From Vicugna vicugna (lineage: Eukaryota), in the NCBI GenBank assembly GCA_013265495.1, contig MU058584.1, positions 6,166,407 through 6,230,406 on the forward strand: a DNA stretch of 64,000 bases. The letters are read 5' to 3'. The notes beneath the pieces are model-generated. The model ran no database searches. It had not been told where the DNA came from and saw only the letters and a list, made by a program, of their open reading frames with translations. Below are positions 1 to 11,885 of the stretch, piece by piece. How positions within the stretch are numbered: position 1 is the first letter of the stretch; the number at the start of each line of letters is the position of its first letter. Made by a program: the position numbers and the translations under genes.

Positions 1-370
1 AAAATATCAAGAACTTATAGTTGACTGAGGAAAGTGAATTGCAGAGTACCAACTTGTATATATTTAGAAATTAGCAAGACAATTTATAGACAAGTACATG
101 TATACTGAAAATAAAAATGCCTTGATAGGAAGGATGCATACCTCAAACTGGCATGTGTTTTCTGAGAAAAACAGTAGAGCAATGAGGGCAAGGAGGCATT
201 CCCAACTATATTTGTGTAACTGTTTAATTCTTCAAAAGACAAACAAATCTGAAGCTTATACAGCATAATATAACATCTGTTAACATTGGATGCTAACATA
301 AATGCTTGTTTTGTAGCTCTCTATATGTCTGAATTATTTTATAATTTTCAAAACCTAGTTAGAAAATAAA
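1..370 (+). mobile_element. Old L1 (L1M-type) 3' fragment
   Basis: A-rich L1 3'UTR-like sequence ending ...tctctatatgtctgaattattttataatttt. Confidence 0.4.
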
Positions 371-551
371 AAACATAACTGTGGTAAAGAAAAAAGCCTC
401 TTTTTTCCAGCTTTTAGTTGGAACAAATAAACACCCTAGAAGTTTTTGATGCTCATTGTGTGAGGTTCACACTTTGAAGAACACTGTTCTCAATGCTGTG
501 TTATACCAAGGACATTGAGAGTCCCTGTTTCTAGCCTTGGGGGGGTGGGGG

Positions 552-612
552 NNNNNNNNNNNNNNNNNNNNNNNNNNNNNNNNNNNNNNNNNNNNNNNNN
601 NNNNNNNNNNNN
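552..612. other. Assembly gap (61 N)
   Basis: N run between a G-rich tract and a (GA)n tract. Confidence 1.
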
Positions 613-848
613 GAGGAGAGAGAGAGAGGTGAAGAGAGAGAAGAGGGAATTTTATTTTGTATTACATATTGTGGATTGAACAGCATATTCTTTTTAGTAC
701 TTTGGGCTTTTAAACCTTTATATTTGGTACTGATACATATTCAGTTTCAGCTGAAATCAGGTGGTAGTTTAAAAAGAATACTTACCCAAAAGTAGTTTGC
801 TAGTTACACAATGGGATAATTATGGAGGCTAGTATACTTACTTATATA

Positions 849-979
849 TTTAAAAAATTTTGTTTAGGGGGAGGTAATTAGGTTTATTTATTTACCTTTT
901 TAATGGAAGTACTGGGGACTGAACTCAGGACCTCATGCAGGCTAAGCGTGCACTCTACCACTGAGCTATACACTCCCCC
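849..979 (-). mobile_element. Camelid tRNA-derived SINE (Vic-1 type), unit A
   Basis: Reverse strand reads ggggagtgtatagctcagtggtagagtgcacgcttagcctgcatgaggtcctgagttcagtccccagtacttcc, with A and B boxes and an aaataaacctaattacctcccc tail. Confidence 0.9.
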
Positions 980-983
980 TGCC

Positions 984-1100
984 TTTTTTTTTTTAAAGGT
1001 TTTTTCTTTTTTATTTATTTGTTTTTGAATGGAGGTCTTGGGGATCCCAGGACCTCATGCATGCTAGGCACGCACTCTGCCACTGAGCTATTCCCTCTCC
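984..1100 (-). mobile_element. Camelid tRNA-derived SINE (Vic-1 type), unit B
   Basis: Reverse strand reads ggagagggaatagctcagtggcagagtgcgtgcctagcatgcatgaggtcctgggatcccc plus an A-rich tail. The B box has a small deletion. Confidence 0.9.
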
Positions 1101-2691
1101 AGGGCTCATATACTTATGAAAACATTGCTGAGTAGAAAGCCAAGGGCAAGTTGAGTAAGAGCCAGGGTACCAGGTAAAGAAGTATGATAAAGGGAAGGGA
1201 CAGGAGCAGAACATGGTTTTCAAGTGAAAGTCTCTGCAGAATTCTTGTATATAAAAATTAAAACCTGTTCCTCTGGCCAATGTGAGGGTAGGAAGGCCAG
1301 AGCCCACCTGCTTCCCTGCCTCATCTTGCGCGCCTCTCTACACAGACCTAGTAGGACTGACAAGGCATATTCTCCTTACATTGCAGCTCACATATGTACT
1401 TCTTCCCTCAACTTGCCTTCCTACTAAAATGGAAAATAAGGGTTGATCCACTGAAGGAAAAGCTGAAATATTAGGATATCAACCTGAGACTTCATGTTTT
1501 TTAATCCTTTAAGGAAGATGAAGAAACAAAAGTCTAATTTGATTTTCTTTTATTAGTAATTTGTCTAATATATTTTGGTTAGGGGAAAATGGGCAAAGGT
1601 TAATTTGCCTAGATAGGGCTCTATGCAATTTTACCTATCCAAAATCATACTGAAAAATTAAATTTTGGAGATTATATTAAACCAAGCATTATTATATTTT
1701 AAAGGAGAATTTAAAATGAAGTTGAATGTTTTATAATTTCTTCAATTAACATAAATAAGGGAAATGAGAAAAGTATACACACACACCCCAAACAGATGTT
1801 TTAGGCAGGGATATACTCCCCTTATTAGAGATGTGAATGTATTTTTTTTTTTAATCTAAATGCTTGGGGAATAAAACCCCTAATTACAACTAAGTAGCCA
1901 GTTGAATTCTCTCCTCCTCAGTAAGACAGCAAGGAGCTCTTTAAGGGCCACTCCAGCCTTTCTGTCTGTTAAATTGAATGACTTAACCTGAAAATTATGG
2001 GTTTAAATATTTCTTCAGCTGCAAAGGGTCATTTACCTCAAGCCCCATTCTCATTTAATAAGGGCTGTTAGGCTGAAACCTGATGGCTGACCTTGACTCT
2101 AATTGGTTCACACACCCAACGGACAGCCTCATGCAGTACATGAAACCCTGCAGTGGATGAAAATAGTCATCCAAACTTCCTCTTGCACCATATATTCCAA
2201 ACACATATAGGGTAATAAGCTTCGTTAATGACTTCCAAGTTATAATTAGGGGTAATCTTGGTTGGGTGCCTGTTTCTTAAACAAAACAGGATAAAGGAAG
2301 AGGCAAACACTGCATATGAGGTTACACCGGAATAGGGTGAAATGAGGCCTGGTGGTCTGTTTTTAAGATTGCTCGTCAAAACCTATTTGCACTATTTTTC
2401 GTACTGCTGTCTCATTCTAAGCTTAAAGTTTACTTAAATGCCCATCTTAGTACAAAGACACACTGAGTTTATCAAGCAATAATTACTCATCCTATATTCT
2501 CACCATTAATTTTCACTAAAATCCTGTATATAATAAAATGCATTGATTGTATCCTAAATTTAACTTAGCTGATTTGGGCTATTTTAACCTTCTAGATCTA
2601 CCTCCCTAGATTGGAATTGGGGATCTTCAGAATCTTGATTCAGGTACTTTTATTTCAGTCTTATTTAGCCACTAATTCTATATACTTTTTA

Positions 2692-2945
2692 AAAAATTGA
2701 AATATGGTTGATTTGCAATATTAGTTTCAGGTATATAGCGAAGTGATTCAGAAATACATATATTAAAATTCTTTTCCATTATGAGTTATTGTAAGATATT
2801 GAATATAGTTCCCTGTGCTATATAGTAAATCCTTGTTGTTTATCTATTTTATGTCTAGCAGTTCATATCTGTTAATCCCATACTTCTAATTTATCCCTCC
2901 CCATCCCCTTTCCCCTTTGGTAACTATAAATTTGTTTTCTATGTC
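2692..2945 (-). mobile_element. 5'-truncated artiodactyl-type L1 3' end with 15-bp TSD
   Basis: L1 3'UTR (gaatatagttccctgtgctatatagtaaatccttgttg). TSD tctatatacttttta at 2677-2691 and 2946-2960. Confidence 0.9.
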
Positions 2946-2969
2946 TCTATATACTTTTTATTCTCCAAT

Positions 2970-3660
2970 TTTCTATAGGATTGTTTGTACTGTTATTTAT
3001 TTGTAGGAACTATTTCTATATTCAGTACACAAAGTTTTTATTGATTATTGGTGCTCCAAATATTTATCTTTTCTCAATTGAGTTTTGACTTTCTTTATCA
3101 TTTCTTTTGATGGCCAGAAGTTCATTATTCAAATATTTATTCAGTCAAATTAATTGACTTTTTCTTTCCAGTTTTTGTTTTTGGCATCTTAAAAAATATC
3201 CTTTTTCAATCTGGTATCATAAGTATGTTTTCCTATAACTTGTTCAAAGAGTTTTAGAATTGTGCTTCCCACATTTAAGTCTTCAATCTACCTGGAGTTG
3301 GTTAGTGTAGGATGTGAGGTAGGGATCCAACGGTGCCAACATCAGGGGTCTTATTGAAAGTATCCTTTTTCTACTGCAGTGTTATCTCTGTCTTATATCA
3401 ACTTAATATATGTGAACAGATTTGTTTGGGGGCTCTGTATTCTGTTTTAGTAATCTTTTAACCTTTTTTTGTGCTAATAGCACCCTATCTTAATTTCCTT
3501 CTTCCTGAAGTAGATTTCTTTGGTTATCCTTCCAGTGAGCATCTATGAATGATCAGTTCTATCTTTGTCTGAAAATATCTTTATCTTCTCTGTTGAATTT
3601 TTAGTTTAAAGTATTACAGAATTTCAGTTTGATAGGCATTTTATATTGAGTGCATTTGTC
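2970..3660 (-). mobile_element. Ancient L1M (ORF2-derived) fragments
   Basis: T-rich degenerate antisense L1 motifs (ttcccacatttaagtcttcaatctacctggagttg...gatgtgaggtagggatcca). Confidence 0.55.
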
Positions 3661-4801
3661 TCAAATATTTAGTTTATCATACTACCAAATGAGTATGCTT
3701 CCTATATGTTTTCCTTTTCTTTCTTTATCTTTCTTACTTTTCAGTCTCTCTCCAAGCTAATTTATTGTTTAACAGTGGTCTCCTTTTCACCAAGGGATCC
3801 ACTGTGAGAAGGCAAACAACCTAGATAAATTCAGAGTTTCCACAGTCTCTTGCTATAGTCATATTTCTTTCCTCTACATTTATTGTTTTCCTTTCCTGCC
3901 TGGAAACTGGATGCCTATGGTAGACTAGAGAGCTATATCATAACTTCACTCACTCAGTATGAATGTGGTCAAGAGTGGTATGAGGTAATAGCAAATAGAG
4001 CATTTCAGCTGTGAGAGAAAAATTATTTGCATAAGGAAATAAATGCAATGAACCAGAAACTGGTGCAAGCTATACCAGTGTGAGAAATAGTCACAAAATC
4101 TAATGTGACTCACAGAGATAAACAAAAGCTGACAAAGGCATTTTGTATAAGCTAATCTGTCTTTCATTCCCACACAGGAATTATAGGTCTGATATATAGA
4201 AATCTTAGAACACTTAATAATCCTTCTCTAAACATAATTAACATCCATTTTACAATAAAGGAAAATCAGGCTTTTCAAAAACTGAGAAACTTGCTCATAT
4301 CAATCGCCGAGTAAAGAAGACTGAGTAGCTAGAGTCAGTGACCGCCAATCTCTCTCCTAGGACCATATACCCTAAACTTTTCAGCATACGAACGGTTATC
4401 AAAACATTATTGAGATGTCAAGGTTAAGAACCTGCCTCCTGTTAGATGTATTGACAAATCAAGTAACAAAAGAAGATCCCTTAGTTTTCTTCTTTGGTGG
4501 CTTAGTTTTCCCTTCAGCAAGAGAAACTTCTGAAAGAGAGACACATGAGCTCCAGTAGCATATTTCATTTGGGTTGCATTTCTTTTCAAATCTTAAATGC
4601 ATAGAGTGCAAATAATCTCCTGGACAGATGGTGAAATTTCATGGTGAGAGACAATGTCACATTGACTATAACCCGCAAAGAGCCAGATAGACAGAAAATA
4701 CATTTAGGATCTATAACTTATCAACTTTCTACCAAAGACTATAATTATAATAACATCTATCATGGTTAGATTCCAAATCTTTTAAAAATTCCACCGACGA
4801 A

Positions 4802-5250
4802 GTGTGAATTAGCTGCATTGTAACAAATTATTCCAAAATTTAGCTGCTTCAAAAAAAGAAACATTTCTGTAAGTCAGCTTGGCTGTTTCAGGGTCTTCTG
4901 TCAGGTTGGCAGGGGAAAGATCTTCCAAGCTCACTTATGGTTGTTTGCTTTTTCTGGGCTGTTGCATGGAGGTGGTTTCTTGCCATGTGAACCTCCCCTT
5001 AGGGCAGGTCACCGCAGGCAGCTGGCTCCCTTCAGAGCAAGCAAGGACAAGAGCAAAGGAAAAGGTCCAAGACAGTCTTTTTATAACCTAACCTTGGGAG
5101 TGACATCCTATCACTTCTGCCATATTTTGTTCTTCAGAAGTGAGTCACTAAGTCTAGCCCATTCTCAGAAAAGAGCATTAAACAGAGGTGTGGCACTATC
5201 AGGCAGGAGATGGAGATCTAGAGGGGTCATTTTAGAAGCTGCCTACAGTG
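4802..5250. mobile_element. MaLR (MLT1-like) LTR
   Basis: Typical MLT1 ends: ...tgtaacaaattattccaaaatttagctgctt... and ...gggtcattttagaagctgcctaca. Confidence 0.7.
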
Positions 5251-5384
5251 TGTGCATTTGTGTGGATGTGGATGTGTATCGTGGTGGGCAGTGGGTGATC
5301 AGTGGTTGCACTTGGTATGGGGCCAATAGAGTATTGAGTTCTTATGGATTTTCTTGTTAAGAATATTAGAGGGTTAAAAATGGT

Positions 5385-5870
5385 AGTTGTGGTCCCTACA
5401 GGAAACAGATAGCATTCACAAATTGAGAATTTGAGCCAGTTTAATAAAAGGACTATTTACAAAGTTGTGATAAGTGTAGATAAATTGCAAGAAATAGTGC
5501 ATTCCTCCAGGGTTTGTGACAGCCTGATGCATCATGACACTGATGCCTGAAGCAGCAAGAGGAGGGAGCAGTTTCCAGAACTAGGAGAGAATATTTGTAC
5601 AAGAAGACCTCCAGACAGGAGCTATGACTCTACACCAAAGGAAGCAGTTGGCCTATGGCATCTCCACAGGGAAGGTGCCAGGGGAGGTTGACTCACCCTC
5701 CTCCAGCCTCCTGCTGGCTCTACCCATTGGCAGAACTCAACCAGAAGTCAGAAGGCAAGGAAGTCCACTGCTGTTGTCAATACAGTCCAGCCTCCAGTCA
5801 CACACAGTCACATGGGAGGAGTGGAGAGTGGACCTGGAGGGACAGGCAGAAGATACCCAGGTACAGAAAC
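5385..5870. mobile_element. ERVL/MaLR-type LTR fragment
   Basis: caggaaacagatagcattcacaaattgag...gtttaataaaaggactatttacaaag resembles old ERVL LTRs. Confidence 0.5.
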
Positions 5871-6299
5871 CAAATGAGTACTTACACGGAAAATCACATC
5901 CACAATAGGCAGAGAGGAAGAAACGGGCTTACACAACTAGGTATTGTTTGGTTGCTAGATGGAAGAATTTGCTGACAGAGAAGGGCATTTCACATCAAGA
6001 CAGGCTTTCATATAATTGTGTTTCTTGAAGATCCTTGAAAATGGGAAACACGCATTCATCTCTATGAAATCATTTGGACAAAACTGTCCTGATGAAAGAA
6101 GTGTGGGTGGCTAAGATGACTTTGAAGGGTCCTTGAAACTTGAGGATTCAGGGTTCCAGGAGGAGTGATGGAAATCAGGGAACAAGATCTCCTGCAAAAT
6201 ATTCACAACTCTTTGAAATGGAAATTAGGCTATTCCAATTTCGGAATCAAATTAAAGCAAATATTCAGAGTGTTAGCCGGTTGTACGCCTGCCTGTTTG

Positions 6300-6617
6300 A
6301 AGTGGCAGCTGAAGGAGGGAGGCCTGCTTTTTCCTGGATGAAGCGGGATCTCACTCAGCCTGTTTTCATCTTTGCTTAGCACCTGCTGTCTTGGAGTGGT
6401 GTCGTCCAAGCAATCAGGCGGTAGACGTGCCAAGAGTCTGACCTCCCGTGTCTGCCCACCCCTCCCCCCACACCCCATGACACCTCTCCTGATATAGATG
6501 GACACGGGCTGGTTTAAAATGACAGTCTCAAGTTCGTGGAGGAAGAGAAGTCTAATTCAAAGAAACAGCCAGGCAGGCTTCCTTTCTCTGCAGGAGTAAT
6601 TAATATCCGCTTTCACC
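6300..6617 (+). promoter_or_regulatory. Putative NTMT2 proximal promoter / 5'UTR
   Basis: E-boxes CAGCTG (6306-6311) and CACCTG (6380-6385), CACCC/GC-box-like C-tracts (6455-6476) and AT-rich gatataga (6491) and tttaaaa (6513) lie just upstream of the ATG. The TSS cannot be determined from sequence. Confidence 0.4.
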
Positions 6618-6771
6618 ATGGCCCACCTGGGAGCCCACTTTGCCTTCAGATCCCGCTGGCAGAAGACCGATGATGAACTCTGTCGACATAGCATGTCCTT
6701 TATTCTTCACAAGGCCATTTGCAATGACTTCTTTCAGAGCTACCTCTACTTGCTGGAGAATATTCCCCTGG
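6618..6771 (+). CDS. NTMT2: NTMT2 coding exon 1 (MAHLGAHFAFRSRWQKTDDELCRHSMSFILHKAICNDFFQSYLYLLENIPL + 1 nt)
   Basis: Kozak-like ttcaccATGG at 6618, in-frame upstream TAA at 6597-6599, donor G|gtgagt at 6771/6772. Matches the NTMT2-specific N-terminal extension. Not called in the ORF track. Confidence 0.95.
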
Positions 6772-8220
6772 GTGAGTGAGTCAGTGCTAGAAGATAAGGG
6801 ACAAGAAAGGACGGGAGGGACTGTGTGAGCTTGGGGGGCTTTTGCAAGAGGAGTTAGAACAAGGACACTTTTCAGATAAAAAGAGCCACAACCAATGTCA
6901 GAGGGCTTAAATGTTTCAATGACATTCTTTCATGGAGAGTGCAGAGATCAAATGCTCCCTGGCAGGTCGAGCACCTATTTTGGGACTTCATACACCCTCA
7001 GACACGGGGAACTTGTTTCCCTGGGTGTTGGCTGCCTGAATATCAGGCTTATAGAAATTAATTTCCTAAGTTTGGAAGGGTATTTTTTTGGTAATATTTG
7101 CAAAAATTTAGAGGTGGGCAAATTAGGCAACTCAAAGATGAGAGTATTAATATAATACAGTAGTATATCAACTAAGAATTAAAAAGAGAGACTAAACAAT
7201 AATAGAACAAGGTTGTTGGTGTGTGTGAGTGTGTGTGTGTGTGTGGGTGATCCTTTCTGGCCCTCCTGAGTCACGGTAATAGTCTGAGAGCTTAAAAGGA
7301 GCAGATTTTTGTTTGGTCCTTGAATATTAAGAAAAACTGGGGCAGTAGTCTGTCTCCATTTTAGTTATTTCTTCTAGTGCTCAGGGAATTGGACAACAGG
7401 GCAATAAAAAGCTTATCTGGTTTCTCTACACCCCTCTTCTCCATCTCTGAGAAAGTGGTTACTTCAGGGCACACTTACCAACCTGAAGAGGAAGTAAAGA
7501 GTGAAGTATCCCCCTTTGATTTGTATTTTCCCCCAATGGAAGCCGGAAGAGCATGTATCAGCCCCAGTCTGTTTTCTCAAGGTTGCTGAAAGACGCATTG
7601 TGCATTTGATGTGGCCACGCTTTCCAGACGTGGAAGGAGCTATATAATTCTTTGTACTGCATTCAAAACTATATGTTAGCAGCCTATCATAGGCAGTCTC
7701 TGTAAGTCCATTTCTGAGGGGAATCCTTAATTCTAGACATACAAATACTTTCATGTCATATTTATATATATTTCTCATAAAAATTTCTCATTTATGACTT
7801 TATTTGGTCCTCCCAGCCACACTATGCGATAGATAGGGTAAATGTCATTATTTTTTTCCACCCCCTTCTCTATCTTGCTCCCTAGCTTATTTTTTCAAGT
7901 GAAGGGAAGAAAATTCAGAGATACTAAATTCATCTAGACCCCAAAGCAAGAACCTAAAAGCAGAACTCTTCCTGGTAGATCACGTTACTTATAGGTAATT
8001 CTTTCAGGAAATATTATACCTCTCATTTGTATCCAAATGAAAAAATTGCAACAGTCTATTTGGCAGATGATGAGGTTCTGGCCGCTCCATGCATTGTCAG
8101 AGTGTAGCTCTTCTACAGACACTCTTTGGGCCACATCTCAGTAACCTAGCTTGTTGGCCCAAGCTGCATTAGTCTGGAGAAAGGTATCAATTACAGTAAC
8201 TTACAAGAGACTCACTAAAC

Positions 8221-8365
8221 GGGGGTGGGTATAGCTCAGGGGTACAGCTCATGCTTAGCATGCATGAGGTCCTGGGTTCAACCCCAGTACCTTCATTTAA
8301 AAAATAGAGAAGTAAACTTTAAAATATATAAAAATACAAGCCCAACTGAAAACAACAAAGCAAAG
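8221..8365 (+). mobile_element. Camelid tRNA-derived SINE (Vic-1 type) with 13-bp TSD
   Basis: gggggtgggtatagctcaggggtacagctcatgcttagcatgcatgaggtcctgggttcaaccccagtacc. TSD agagactcactaa at 8206-8218 and 8366-8378. Confidence 0.92.
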
Positions 8366-9266
8366 AGAGACTCACTAAGGGGCAGAAGACTGCCAAATTA
8401 AAAAAAAAAAATTATTAGAGAGAAAAGAAACTCATCTTGGAAAGTAGCTAAAGATGAATTAAAAAGAACTCAGTAAATATCTATTAGACAAATTAAACGG
8501 CCCCTTACTTATAATTAATTGCAGGTTACCAACATCCAGATTTCCAATTCTGGCACTGCTCCTGATAGAGGAATGACGTCTGCAAGTTTCTAAAGTCTCT
8601 GAGCATCATTTTCCTCAAAGCTGTGGGGCTGTGGGAAGGATTAAACGCAATTACGTATGTGAAAGCAGTCAATGCTCAGTAAGCATTAGTTTTTATTTTC
8701 CTTCCTTAGAGCCAGGCCTCTTTGGAAGTCACCACGTAGCCTTCCTTAGAACAGGCATTACCAGCGACGATAAGCTTAATTCAGTATATGGGAGTTTTCA
8801 GGCTGCAGGGGATGTTAACCTTTTCAGTTTGGAAATAAAACGCAGCCAGTAGAAGTGTTCCTTCGCCGTCCCACTGAGGTGCTTTAGAGTTGGCTTCCCC
8901 TCCTCTTGATGATTTCAAGACTTCATAGAAATGAAAATAAAGCCTTTCTTTTAAAAGGTTGGGGAACCCTACTGCAGAGTCTGCACAGAGAGTTTGTTGT
9001 TTGGGGGTAATTATGGCAAGAACAGTGGCTAGCCAGACTCTGATTCCTTCTTTCCTTCCTCCCTCCCTTCAACTGCCGGCATTAGGCAGCCAGCCTCACA
9101 CCAACACACCGGGCAGTGACATTCAGTCATGGGGACATTTGCTGACATATCCCCAACTAGCTTCAGTGATTCATGGTGAAGCAAGTACACGCCTACTGAA
9201 AATCCCCAGTGGAAAACTTAGCTATGCCGTTGAATACAACAGATCTCCACAAAGAAATGGGAACAA

Positions 9267-9452
9267 TATATAAAATAGATGAACGACAAGGTCCTACTAT
9301 ACAGCACAGGGAGCTATATTCAGTACCTTGTAATAGCCTATAATGAAAAAGAATATAAGAAGGAATAAATATATATGTATAAATGAATTACTATGCTCTA
9401 TATCAGAAATTACCATAATGTTATAAATCGACTATACTTCAATTTAAAAAAA
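9267..9452 (+). mobile_element. 5'-truncated artiodactyl-type L1 3' end with poly(A) and 16-bp TSD
   Basis: tatataaaatagatgaacgacaaggtcctactatacagcacaggg...actatacttcaattt(A)n. TSD aaagaaatgggaacaa at 9251-9266 and 9453-9468. Confidence 0.92.
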
Positions 9453-9499
9453 AAAGAAATGGGAACAAGCCTATTACTTTTCTCAGTATATATTTGCTC

Positions 9500-9670
9500 A
9501 TATTTTTTACCTCATTTAATTCTCACAGCATCCCTTTGAGGTGGTGGTGTTATTTCCCCTACCTTATATCCTAGGAACTGTTGCATAGAGGAGGGAAGTA
9601 ACTTGCCAAAAATCACGTGGTGGTGAGTGGCGGCAGGATGAGAAGCCAGGCAGTCTACCTCCAGAGTCTG
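9500..9670 (-). mobile_element. MIR SINE
   Basis: Antisense MIR core (ctcatttaattctcacagcatccc...aagtaacttgccaaaaatcac). Confidence 0.75.
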
Positions 9671-9672
9671 TC

Positions 9673-10220
9673 TTTTTTATTTTATTTTATTTTAAATTTT
9701 TTAATAGACTTTATTCTTTTAGAGCAGTTTCAGGTTCACAACAGAATTGAACAGAAAATACAGAATTCCCACACAGCCCTCCCTACCCACACATATATTC
9801 TCCGCTACCCTCAACATCCCTCATCAGTGTGGCATATTTGGTACAATCAATGAACCAACGTGGGCACATTATTATCAACCAAAGGCTATAGTTTACATTA
9901 GGGTTCACTCTTGATATGGTACATTCTATGGGTTTTGACAAGTGCATAATGACATGTAACCACTATAGTATCATATAGAATAATTTCATTGCCCTATAAA
10001 TCCCTTGTGCTCCATCTGTTCATTCCTCCCTCCCTCCCTCTCCCCAAACCCCTGAAAACGACGATCTTTTTATTGTTTCTGTAGCTGTGCCTTTTCCAGA
10101 ATGTCATTTGGTTGGAATCATACAGTTTGTAGCCTTTTCAGACTGGCTTCTTTCATTTAGTAATGTGTCTTTTAAGTTTCTTCTATGTCTTTCATGGCTT
10201 GATAGATCATTTTTTTTATA
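9673..10220 (-). mobile_element. L1MC-like 3' end
   Basis: T-rich tail then atagactttattcttttagagcagtttcaggttcacaacagaattgaacagaaaatacag...tttgtagccttttcagactggcttctttcatttag. Confidence 0.85.
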
Positions 10221-10829
10221 GCACATAAATTTTTTTAATTTACATATATGGACTGTTCATTGTTTCTGAGAACGTTTAGAGCTTTACTTTTTTAAACTTA
10301 CATAGTTATCAAAGGAATAAAGTCAACCACAAAATAGCAGTGTGTCTTTTTAAACTGCAAAATCATGCTGCCTACCAATGTCAATGGCAACCTGACTAAT
10401 GCAGGGAGCAATATAAATTGGGTCAAAATTTTTTAATTGACAGGAATATAAAACATAGTCTATGAGGAGCACTAGCTTTCTATCAGGATATTTAACATGA
10501 GGGATGGGCCAGTGAATAGGTTCAAGTTCCGTTGGAGGCTTGGAGTGAATGAATTTTCCAAAGATGGCTGTTTGTGAGCAATAGGAAGTAAACTAGGAAA
10601 GCAATTTATGTAAATCTCCAATTTGTGTATCTGCGCTCACAAGGGCCCAGATACGGCCCAACTGGAGATGTTCACATAAATTAAGTCCGGTAATTTTCTA
10701 GCTCTATCCATAGCATACTTCCGAGTACATAGAAGTCCATGAATATTCATTAATTATATATTATGCAAGAATCTATTACTCCTGGACATCATTAAAGGCT
10801 TAGACTCACGTCATGTTTCGAACAACAGT

Positions 10830-11092
10830 GCCATGTGGTTTAGCAGAGGGAACAAAGGCTTTTGCATTTAAATAGGTCTGGGTTAGGTCCCAGCTGTGAC
10901 ACTTCATTGCTGTGCAATATTGAGTAAGTTACTAAATCTTTCTGATTCTCTCATTACTTACCTGTAAAATGATGATGATCATGCCAGTTTTGCAGTGTCA
11001 TCGTGAGGATTAAAAGAGCTAATGTGAAGAGATGATATGAAAGTGCCTAGCCTGATGCCTGGCACATAGAAGGTCCCCACTAATGGTTAGTA
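10830..11092 (+). mobile_element. MIR SINE (near full length)
   Basis: gggttaggtcccagctgtgacacttc...ctgtaaaatgatgatg...gtgaggattaaaagag...gcctggcacatag. Confidence 0.85.
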
Positions 11093-11756
11093 ACCCCTTT
11101 GACTTACCCCTTTTTAGAAGAATTAGGCTCTAAGGAGGAAATTGAGAACAATGGCTGGGGCTTTGCCATCACAATTAAAAAACTAGAGTTAATAAAATCC
11201 ATTTCCTATAATACACTTGGGACTTCCAAATGAAACTCAGCATACAACTATTGGCACTTTTCAAATCAATTTCATCCCCATGGCAGGCATTGCTTTACAA
11301 ATTATTGCACAGTGACACCTTTTTCAAGTGTGTATTCTTACTTTGCAATGCAAATGCTGCAAGATCATTTTTATATGAGCAGATTTTCAGATACACAGTG
11401 TTAGAGGGATGACATATGGGTTTCTGATTGAAACAGACCTAGGTTTAAATCCCAGGTGTGTCACTCACTAGTGGGCAATTTAGTTAACCTCTTGACACCT
11501 TGTTTTCTTCTGTAGATAATCACCTCTACCTTACATATCCAGTTAGCATTTGGAGCACATATATACATATTTTATCAATGACAGTTACTCTTTTTTAATT
11601 ATTTGGGCATGCCTAATTAGGAGAAGAGATATATCCTCCTATAGTTTTTCACAAACTACAGAAAGTGTGGCTTATGTGTGATTATGTCAGCTTTTCCCTA
11701 TAGACATTCACCACTTTGTTGAACCGGTAAGTATTCAAAGAACAAAAAGCTATTCA

Positions 11757-11885
11757 ACGTTCATTTATTCAGTGAGCATTCAGAGGAGGCCTACTGTGTG
11801 TTAAGCATAATGGTAAGTCCTGGGGTTACAAGGAAGATAAGGTAGAGCTTTATCCTGAAGGGTTTAGTGTAGGAGAGAGACACCC
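11757..11885 (-). mobile_element. L2 3' end
   Basis: ttcatttattcagtgagcattcagaggaggcctactgtgtg is the antisense L2 terminus. Confidence 0.65.

Noticed and set aside
8221..8295. tRNA-Ala-like sequence with A and B boxes
   Set aside because: It has a SINE tail and TSD, and related copies exist in the window, so it is a SINE rather than a functional tRNA.
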